Positions 54,672-61,836 of a stretch of 64,000 nt of DNA are shown here, one piece after another. Source of the DNA: Tannerellaceae bacterium (GTDB lineage: Bacteria > Bacteroidota > Bacteroidia > Bacteroidales > Tannerellaceae); NCBI GenBank assembly GCA_031555505.1, contig JAVBUH010000007.1, positions 25,378 through 89,377 of the forward strand. Reading direction: 5' to 3'. Position 1 is the stretch's first letter; the number at the start of each line of letters is the position of its first letter. The notes beneath the pieces are model-generated. The model was not told the DNA's origin. It saw only the letters and a list, made by a program, of their open reading frames with translations, and searched no databases. The translations under genes and the position numbers were made by a program.

Positions 54672-56861
54672 TTATTCCACCACAAACCAGGAATAACTTC
54701 CGGGTTCCAGCGTAAAGGTAAAATCTACGGTATAGTCGCGGTTGACTTTGTAGCGAACCGGACTTCCTTCTTTTTCACGGATGGAAGCCACCTGTGTTAA
54801 GCCGGTGTAGTAAAGTGGCAATTTGATCGTCCGGGTGATGGATTCCTTCAATGGGTTGTAAACCATCAGGAAGCCTTTCTCCTTCAACTGCCGATCCACG
54901 TGCAAGATACCGTCCCAGTCGCGTCCGTCGGCACGGCGGAGGTGGATGATGTCGGCATTGAGGATGTCGCGGTATTTTTTATACCAGTTTACCACATTGA
55001 TCACAGTCTGCTTTGTCTCTTCCGTATCGTACAAACGGGGACCACGGTAGCAGGCCTGGATACCGGCCCCATAATACTGGTACATCAGTTGTTCGTAGTC
55101 CTTCAGATGCTGGTTCAACGGTTCCAGTACAGCATCCGGCCCACCGCCATGATAGGCCGTCAACGGCACAAACCCCCAACCCATAGCCGGGGTCTTTTCC
55201 CACGTCCCGTCGTAGATATTCTGTCGGTTCAATATTTTTTGTTGCTCCCTGGATAAGGCAAAATTCACTTCCCGGTAGCCGAGCGCAATTTTGTTTGTCC
55301 CATCCAGAAAATACCAGTCGGGCGCATTCACATACACACCGTGGGCAGTCATCCAGTGGAAGATGCTTTTCTGCAGCTCCATCTGCCGCCATTGCGAATC
55401 GTCCAGTCCCTTATGGCCCGGGTGGCTGGTCGATGCACACACGTCGCCCGGATAGGGCCCGTCCATTTCCATGATGTCGAATCCTGTATTGGCAAAGAAG
55501 TCGATGATAGCCTGATGATAATCCAGTCCCCATTGGCTGGCAAAGCAGGGGGCATTGCCAAAGAAAGCGCCACCCGGCTTGCCGGTCTTCGGATCGACCA
55601 CATCCGTTTCCGGTCCGATCTTCCGTGAACTGAATAAGGTATATCCTCCGATCATGATTCCCTTTTGATGAGCATAGTCGGCCATCTTCTTCCATTTCGA
55701 GTGATTTTCGGGCGTATTCAGTTCCATCTTCAGATGGCTTCCGAAGCTGAGGATCACTGCCTCGTAACCGGTAGCGGCACACTGGTCGATCACGGTATAC
55801 ACTTCCTCATCCTTCTTGCTTACGAGGTGCATGAAGATAGGATTTTCTGTTGTCCAGGGGGCAATGGTGCGGTACATCCGGCGTATGGCCAAACCACGTC
55901 GTTCACGGTCGTAGCTATCCATCAGCAGTTCGAAGGAATGGGGCGACTGGAACGTTTCGCCGGGGTTCAGGTCGATATTCGGCGCTTTTTCGGGATACAC
56001 TTCCAGCAGGCAGGGTGTATTCAGGTCGTAGTTTACCTGCGAAGTATAGGCGCTGTCGGTGAGCCAATGCGTAGTCTGGTCGCTCAGATCGTACCGCATG
56101 GCATTGTTGTAGGCATAGTTTGTCTCTACATAGATAGCAGCTGGCTTGGCCATTTTGTCTGGTGTACCTACCACGGCGCTTTGTTCTTCCACCACGGCCA
56201 GTATCTCGTGAACCACCCGGTTGATCCGAAGTGGCGCCTTGCTGTTGTTACGTACGGTAAGCCATTTACAGATCAGGGGAATCCCGTCGTAGATGGCATA
56301 GTGCACTTCCAGCTCCACATCGGGTAGGGAAATGCATTGGTAGCGGAAAGCGATGGTTTTCCCCGTAGCCTGTCGGCGGTTAGACGCCCATCGTTTGTTT
56401 TCCCATTGGATGAATGGTTGCGCATCTGTTATACGGCACGAAACATAGTGGAAACCATCGGTACCTTTCTTCAGTCCATCAACCCACTCCTGCAACAGAT
56501 AGGCGTTTTCTTGCTGGCCGTACAGCCCGCCTACCGCATATTCTGTTCCATTGAGATTGATACGGGCCTCCGGCTGGATGGCGCGCAGCAGTTGCTGCCC
56601 GTTTACCATATTCTTATAATCGATACAGGCCACATCGGGTGTGATACGGAAGGTACGTTTCACCAGTCCGTTGTATAGGATCACTTCATTTCCTGCGGGT
56701 TGTGTATAGATATCAGCCTTATCGGGGCAAGGGGTGACGAGCCAGTCGTAGGTCACCGGCTTCCGGTCGTTGGCCGGATCCCAGTCGGGAAGACGCTGCC
56801 CACAGAGTGGATGACAACAGAAAAAGGCAATAAAGACAGAAAAGCATCCGGTTGTACGCAT
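54672..56861 (-). CDS. Putative glycoside hydrolase (alpha-galactosidase-like TIM-barrel, family not assigned)
   Basis: 729 aa with a signal peptide. Gene confidence is high. The product call is weak and rests only on general resemblance. Confidence 0.4.
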   Translation of the reverse strand: MRTTGCFSVFIAFFCCHPLCGQRLPDWDPANDRKPVTYDWLVTPCPDKADIYTQPAGNEVILYNGLVKRTFRITPDVACIDYKNMVNGQQLLRAIQPEARINLNGTEYAVGGLYGQQENAYLLQEWVDGLKKGTDGFHYVSCRITDAQPFIQWENKRWASNRRQATGKTIAFRYQCISLPDVELEVHYAIYDGIPLICKWLTVRNNSKAPLRINRVVHEILAVVEEQSAVVGTPDKMAKPAAIYVETNYAYNNAMRYDLSDQTTHWLTDSAYTSQVNYDLNTPCLLEVYPEKAPNIDLNPGETFQSPHSFELLMDSYDRERRGLAIRRMYRTIAPWTTENPIFMHLVSKKDEEVYTVIDQCAATGYEAVILSFGSHLKMELNTPENHSKWKKMADYAHQKGIMIGGYTLFSSRKIGPETDVVDPKTGKPGGAFFGNAPCFASQWGLDYHQAIIDFFANTGFDIMEMDGPYPGDVCASTSHPGHKGLDDSQWRQMELQKSIFHWMTAHGVYVNAPDWYFLDGTNKIALGYREVNFALSREQQKILNRQNIYDGTWEKTPAMGWGFVPLTAYHGGGPDAVLEPLNQHLKDYEQLMYQYYGAGIQACYRGPRLYDTEETKQTVINVVNWYKKYRDILNADIIHLRRADGRDWDGILHVDRQLKEKGFLMVYNPLKESITRTIKLPLYYTGLTQVASIREKEGSPVRYKVNRDYTVDFTFTLEPGSYSWFVVE

Positions 56862-56950
56862 ACAAAGATTTTGTTATTTTAGTTGAACGTTCATCGACTG
56901 CCATCAGGCAGTATTGCGGGCAAAGATAGCCGTAAAAACAGAAATATACA

Positions 56951-56958
56951 TACCTTTG
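56951..56958 (+). promoter_or_regulatory. Bacteroides-type -7 promoter box
   Basis: TACCTTTG, only 3 nt before ATG 56962. This implies a leaderless or very short-leader mRNA, or use of ATG 56968 or 56971. Confidence 0.45.
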
Positions 56959-56961
56959 AAC

Positions 56962-57549
56962 ATGCAAATGATGGAAAACAGCGAACAACATCCCCTCGGC
57001 TTCTTTTTGCCTGCGAACACCCGCCTGCTGATGCTGGGCAGTTTCCCTCCGCCACGCAACCGGTGGTCGATGGACTTTTATTACCCGAATATACAGAATG
57101 ATATGTGGCGCATTATCGGCCTGATCTTCCACGGCGACAAGGATTATTTCCTCACCGGCCGGAAAGCATTCAGCCGTGAAAAGTGCGTAGGCTTCTGCCT
57201 GGAAAATGGGGTAGGGATAGGCGATACAGCCGTAGCCGTGGTGAGGCAAAAAGCCAATGCGTCTGATAAATACCTCGAAGTAGTAGAACCGCTCGATCCC
57301 GTAGATATTCTCTTGCAGATACCCCTTTGCGAAGCCATCGTCATCACAGGTCAGAAGGCGATGGACACGTTCTTATCCGTCGTTCCCCAGGCGCATGAAC
57401 CTGCCGTGGGCGGCTGGACCATCTTCATGCTATCCGGCCGTACCTACCGGCTATATCGCATGCCTTCCTCTTCCCGCGCCTATCCGAAGCCGCTGGAAGA
57501 GAAAGCTGCTATTTACCATACGATGTTCGAATCGTTGGGGATGATCTGA
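56962..57549 (+). CDS. Uracil-DNA glycosylase superfamily protein
   Basis: ORF 56914..57549 trimmed to ATG 56962 (alternatives 56968 and 56971). Motif LMLGSFPP ... FYYPNIQNDMWRIIG. A -7 box ends only 3 nt before ATG 56962. Confidence 0.7.
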   Translation: MQMMENSEQHPLGFFLPANTRLLMLGSFPPPRNRWSMDFYYPNIQNDMWRIIGLIFHGDKDYFLTGRKAFSREKCVGFCLENGVGIGDTAVAVVRQKANASDKYLEVVEPLDPVDILLQIPLCEAIVITGQKAMDTFLSVVPQAHEPAVGGWTIFMLSGRTYRLYRMPSSSRAYPKPLEEKAAIYHTMFESLGMI

Positions 57550-59052
57550 TCAGCCGCAATGGAAGTAGGTACTGACCAGCTTCATCATCGCATCGGCATT
57601 GGTGGCGATATCCTGTCGCAGGGTCTTATCATTGTAAGAGCGCAGACGCTTGATGATACCGTCTATCATCCCGGGGCTGAATACATTATAGGCTTCATAC
57701 ACCTCCCGTTGCCGTTCGAGGCAATCGGCCGAAGCGGCGCAACTATCGGGTAATTGTTCCAAGACGGACAATTTATCCTTGTTTTCAGCCTGGTGGATGT
57801 TTACGCTGACGTATGTCTTCGCTGCCACCTCAAGGCCATCAGGCATTTCGAAACCATGGCGGCAGGCCACAGCCAGACCGGCAATCAATTGGTGCAAATT
57901 AGCCGAACCATCCGGCGAACGCATTTCCACCGTCTGCTTTTGCGACGTATCCACCTTGCTTTCCTTCTCCAACGGATTGGCCGATACATGCATATCGTGC
58001 TTGCCCGACCAGCCCAGCGGTACACGTACCAGTACGGAACGGTTACGGTCTCCCCAGCAGATATTGGTAGGCGCTTCCTGATGGGGTACCAGGCGGAAGT
58101 AAGAAGTAGGATTCGTATTACCGAAAGCTGTAATGGAAGGCGCCAGTTGCATCATACCCGCAATGGCTTTACGGGCTGTTTCAGACAACACACCATTGGC
58201 CAGCATCTGGTTCTTACCGTCTTTCATGATACGCATGTGCACATGGAGCCCTGATCCGGCCTTGCCGGTAGTGATCTTCGGCGCGAAAGTGATGTTGTAG
58301 CCATATTCGTAAGCCAGGTTGCGGATGATCCACTTGGCGATTACCAGTTGGTCGGCGGCTTCTTCGGCATTGGTGGGAAGAAATTCAATCTCGTTCTGCT
58401 CATACGTCAATCCATCCAGCGTAAAGTTGCCTACCTCCGAATGGCCATACTTAATGACCCCGCCTGCCTGGGCTATATATTGCATGCATTGGGTACGGAA
58501 CTTGTTGAACTTGGCAAACGGATCCGATTCGTGGTAGCCTTTCTGGTCAGTAGCCTGGAACAGGCCTTCATTCGGTGCGATCACATAGTATTCAAGTTCG
58601 CCCATCGCTTCGAATTCCATGCCGGTTACCTGTTTGAAAGCTTCACAGGCTTTGTGCAGCGTATATTCCGGGGCGCTTTCCAGCGGTTCACCATCCTTAT
58701 TAAAATAGGAACACAGGATGGTGAGTGTAGGCAATTTCGCAAACGGATCCACAAACGCCGTCCGGTAACGGGGCACCACATACAGGTCGCTGCTTCCGGC
58801 TTCGATAAAGGGGAAAAGGCTCGATCCGTCTACCCGCTCGCCACAAGTCAGGATGGTATCCAGATAAGCCAGGTTATTGATAACGAAATTCAGGGTTTTC
58901 AATCGCCCGTCGCCGGCCGGATACATAAAGTCTACCATACGGATATCATGTTCGCGGATATAGCGGATAATATCTTCCTTTGTAAACTCCCGTGCCGGCT
59001 TTTTCAGGAACGCCACCAGGGCATTCGCATTCATCTCGATTGTGTGGTCCAT
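57550..59052 (-). CDS. glnA: Glutamine synthetase (type I-like, 500 aa)
   Basis: GS catalytic-domain motifs KTGKAGSGLHVHM, NPTSYFRLVP and SVLVRVP. A -7 box lies 31 nt upstream. Confidence 0.85.
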   Translation of the reverse strand: MDHTIEMNANALVAFLKKPAREFTKEDIIRYIREHDIRMVDFMYPAGDGRLKTLNFVINNLAYLDTILTCGERVDGSSLFPFIEAGSSDLYVVPRYRTAFVDPFAKLPTLTILCSYFNKDGEPLESAPEYTLHKACEAFKQVTGMEFEAMGELEYYVIAPNEGLFQATDQKGYHESDPFAKFNKFRTQCMQYIAQAGGVIKYGHSEVGNFTLDGLTYEQNEIEFLPTNAEEAADQLVIAKWIIRNLAYEYGYNITFAPKITTGKAGSGLHVHMRIMKDGKNQMLANGVLSETARKAIAGMMQLAPSITAFGNTNPTSYFRLVPHQEAPTNICWGDRNRSVLVRVPLGWSGKHDMHVSANPLEKESKVDTSQKQTVEMRSPDGSANLHQLIAGLAVACRHGFEMPDGLEVAAKTYVSVNIHQAENKDKLSVLEQLPDSCAASADCLERQREVYEAYNVFSPGMIDGIIKRLRSYNDKTLRQDIATNADAMMKLVSTYFHCG

Positions 59053-59083
59053 CTCCGTAACTATTATTTAAGATTATTGCGGT

Positions 59084-59091
59084 CAAAGATA
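59084..59091 (-). promoter_or_regulatory. Bacteroides-type -7 promoter box
   Basis: The minus strand reads TATCTTTG, 31 nt before ATG 59052 (glnA). Confidence 0.55.
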
Positions 59092-59283
59092 ACGCTTACT
59101 AATCGAATTTACCCACATTCTATAGAATAAAAACAAGAGCGCCACCTTCGGTTTCACCATGGCATCGCACTTAACCCACATCATCCCGGAAAACGGCGTA
59201 GTACTTACTTGCAGTTAGGCTCCGATTGGAAGTTTGCTACCTTTAGATAAGGATATGTTACAAATCCCGCAATCGCCACAAAA

Positions 59284-59368
59284 AAGATCATAATGATCCA
59301 AAACGATCGTCATAATGCTCGTTTAGGAACATCATACTCTTCGTTTAGGAACATTATGATCTTTTTTT
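59284..59368. repeat. Four tandem 22-bp bricks with core TCATAAT (complement of ATTATGA)
   Basis: Cores occur at 59288, 59310, 59332 and 59354, with exact 22-nt spacing. Confidence 0.8.
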
Positions 59369-59440
59369 CGGGAGACAATGGTGATTTTGAAGGCCAATCC
59401 GGCTGATTGAAAACCGGACATTCCACCGACAGTATCTACA

Positions 59441-59545
59441 CGCACGCCTCACCTTTGCAAGGCCTGCGCCTCACCTGGACGAGGCGCAGGCCTCAGGGGT
59501 GTGAGACGCAGGCCTCAAGGAGAGTGAGGCGCAGGCCTCGTTTGA
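59441..59545. repeat. Five phased 22-23 bp bricks with core GCAGGCCTC / AGGCCTGCGCCTC
   Basis: AGGCCTGCGCCTC occurs at 59460. GCAGGCCTC occurs at 59486, 59508 and 59531. A degenerate copy lies at about 59441. Confidence 0.8.
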
Positions 59546-59910
59546 GCAAGTCCGGCATCTGGTCATTTCATCGGCAGGAACAGTGCTAAAACCTACCTTG
59601 CAGTGAGTATCCATCCGCTAAAGCATCATACACGAAAATTGCTTTCACCCTGTCACTTTCTGCTGGTGGTCAATGAGTTACAGTGAAAGGAGAGGCTGTT
59701 TTTCTGTCCTGCTGTCACACTCAATCCTTGTCTGCAAGCGGCCGTGACAGGTGACAATAAAAAAGGGAAGAATGTTCACATTCGACAATCTATGCACAGC
59801 TCCGCATGTTTTTGCGTTGATCCATTTTATGTCGGCCTACCATCTCCATTTTTGTGTCATTGTCCACTCCAGCGAGGAAGGGCTGGCCTATTTTAGGGCG
59901 GAAATACTGC

Positions 59911-60729
59911 TTATTTCAGGAATGGATTTCCTTTGGGGTTACGGCTGAGCACCCAACGGAAGGCGTTGATGAAGAGGAGTTTTTGGGTGGCGTCGGTAAA
60001 CTCGTCGTCGCCGTGGCCCATATTTAGATAGATCATGCGGTATTTTGTATTGGTCCACACGATGGGAAAGTCGCCGAAATTGACCACGTCTTTGATACCC
60101 ATCGGGTAGTTATCGGGCGAGAGGCTGACAAGGACTTCTACGTCAGGATTCAGCCGCGGGCTGGGCGTCCACTGGTACCATTCACTTTCGGGGGCGATGA
60201 AGGACGCGGGCAGGTTTTTAGTGACCGGGTGCGAGGTCTGGTCGAGCACCAGCTTGGCCGGTTGGGGTGGCCAGTTGTTGCAGTAGAAGACACCGCCGCC
60301 GAGGAACTGTAGTAACCAGGGCCATTGGGTGGTTTTGTCGTTGTAGGCTGCTACGTGGAAACCCATCCATCCACCACCGTTCTCCATGTATTTCTCGAAG
60401 GCCGACCGGCCCGTGGGAGTGGATGGATAACCGTCAAGCATGACCACGATGTCGTATACCGACAGCTGTTCATACGTGTAGGTGTCCAGGTTGGTGGTTA
60501 CGTCGAGGTAAAAGCCGTCGCCGTAGTTCAACCGTTTGAAAAACTCCACTCCCTGTTTTGCAAAGTCCACATGGGCGGCTTCGGCATGCTCTGTATAAAA
60601 TACCAGGGCTTTGAAACGCGGGGCTTTTGCGTAATTGGCCGGATAGCCATCAGGCGTCTGCGCCTGGGCTTGGGTTGTGAAAGCAACCAGCAAGGAAAAT
60701 AGGTAAGGAAATAAAAAATATCGTTTCAT
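59911..60729 (-). CDS. ThuA-like (class I glutamine amidotransferase-like) domain protein, copy 1
   Basis: 272 aa with a signal peptide and motif GGGWMGFHVAAY. Family assignment is memory-level. Confidence 0.55.
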   Translation of the reverse strand: MKRYFLFPYLFSLLVAFTTQAQAQTPDGYPANYAKAPRFKALVFYTEHAEAAHVDFAKQGVEFFKRLNYGDGFYLDVTTNLDTYTYEQLSVYDIVVMLDGYPSTPTGRSAFEKYMENGGGWMGFHVAAYNDKTTQWPWLLQFLGGGVFYCNNWPPQPAKLVLDQTSHPVTKNLPASFIAPESEWYQWTPSPRLNPDVEVLVSLSPDNYPMGIKDVVNFGDFPIVWTNTKYRMIYLNMGHGDDEFTDATQKLLFINAFRWVLSRNPKGNPFLK

Positions 60730-60749
60730 GGGAGAATGCTTTTAAATCG

Positions 60750-61550
60750 TTATTTTTTAGATGCCCAGTTGATCGCATTAGTGAAGAGGGTGATGAAGGC
60801 TTCTGTTTCGTACAGTTTGGAGCTGTGGCCGATGAGGAAGTACACGTTACGGGCTTTCTTTGCCGGGTTGATCCAGATCACGGGATGGTCGCCCATTTTG
60901 ATGTCGGAGGCGGGCTGGTAGGTGGATTCGTCTACCGACGCCAGTACGTGGACGTTGGGGCGCGGGTTTTTGTCGAAGGTATACCATTCGTCGTCGGGGA
61001 TGGGGAAAGACGCAGGGACGCCTTTCATGACCGGGTGGGTGGCATCTTCCACGTTGACGGTGGCGGTGGCGAGGGCGGCGATGTAGTTTTGGAAGCGGAT
61101 GCCTCCCATGAAGTCGGAGAACCATTGCCACATGGGATAACCGTCAAACTCTCCCAGCAGCGTGGCGTGGTGGAAGCCAATCCATCCGCCAAGGCCCTGG
61201 TCAATGTATTTGATGAAAGCGGCTTCTTCTTCCGGTTGCCAGGTGTAGGGCGGAAAGTCGAGCTGGATAATGAGGCGGAACTGTGCCAGGAAGTGGTCGT
61301 TGATGGGACGGGTGTTGTTGATCTCGGTGAGTTCGAAGCCCATCGTAGCGGATTGGTGGGCCAGCCATTTCAGGCCGGCGTCGGTAAATCCACCGTGCTG
61401 ACCACCGCGCTCGGTTAAAACGAGGATTTTGTAGGGGGCAGACTTGGTGTCGGCTGCCGGGGTGTCTCCTGTTGCCTTTTGAGAGGCGCCTCCGCAGGCG
61501 GTGAGGAGTAGGATGGAGAGGAGGAAAACTGAGAAGAAGTGCTTTGCCAT
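60750..61550 (-). CDS. ThuA-like domain lipoprotein, copy 2
   Basis: 266 aa with lipobox LLLTAC and motif GLGGWIGFHHATL. Paralogue of the adjacent gene. Confidence 0.55.
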   Translation of the reverse strand: MAKHFFSVFLLSILLLTACGGASQKATGDTPAADTKSAPYKILVLTERGGQHGGFTDAGLKWLAHQSATMGFELTEINNTRPINDHFLAQFRLIIQLDFPPYTWQPEEEAAFIKYIDQGLGGWIGFHHATLLGEFDGYPMWQWFSDFMGGIRFQNYIAALATATVNVEDATHPVMKGVPASFPIPDDEWYTFDKNPRPNVHVLASVDESTYQPASDIKMGDHPVIWINPAKKARNVYFLIGHSSKLYETEAFITLFTNAINWASKK

Positions 61551-61578
61551 AGTATGAATGTTTTTATGAAACTATCCC

Positions 61579-61790
61579 GGCTCCCCGCCTTGAAAGGCGG
61601 GGGAGACCATGCTTGCGATGGTGGGGCGGTTGATTAGTATATGTGTTTTGTATAGTTGTTTGCATATTATATTTCTTAGTTAGTAATCTTTATTTTACCA
61701 TTTTTCATGATGAATGTGTTTTATCAGGAATGCATCAACCGCCCCACCACCGCAAGCGGCGGTCCCCCCCAGCCTTTCAAGGCGGAGAGC
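61579..61790. repeat. Imperfect 56-57 bp inverted repeats flanking a 99-bp AT-rich spacer
   Basis: The left arm 61579-61634 (GGCTCCCCGCCTTGAAAGGCGGGGGAGACCATGCTTGCGATGGTGGGGCGGTTGAT) matches the reverse complement of the right arm 61734-61790. Each arm also contains its own GC-rich hairpin (CTCCCCGCC-ttgaaa-GGCGGGGGAG). Confidence 0.8.
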
Positions 61791-61836
61791 TAAGTTACCT
61801 TTACACACTCTTCTTGACGATATACTTTTTAAAACC

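Larger units (their letters stand above)
59256..59718. repeat. Composite ~465-bp repeat, copy 2 (inverted relative to 35343-35805)
   Basis: The reverse complement aligns collinearly with 35343-35805. It contains TCATAAT bricks, GCAGGCCTC bricks and one GCTTTCACCCTGTCACTTTCTGC arm (59641-59663). Confidence 0.85.

Noticed and set aside
59751-59948. 65-aa ORF between the composite repeat and the ThuA-like gene
   Set aside because: It has a non-ATG start, overlaps the 3' end of the ThuA-like gene on the opposite strand, and shows no family resemblance.
61635-61733. Invertible promoter (inverton) interpretation of the AT-rich spacer
   Set aside because: I did not adopt this as the primary call. 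There is no TAnnTTTG box on either strand and no site-specific recombinase nearby. I kept the structure as a finding only because of its inverted-repeat geometry.
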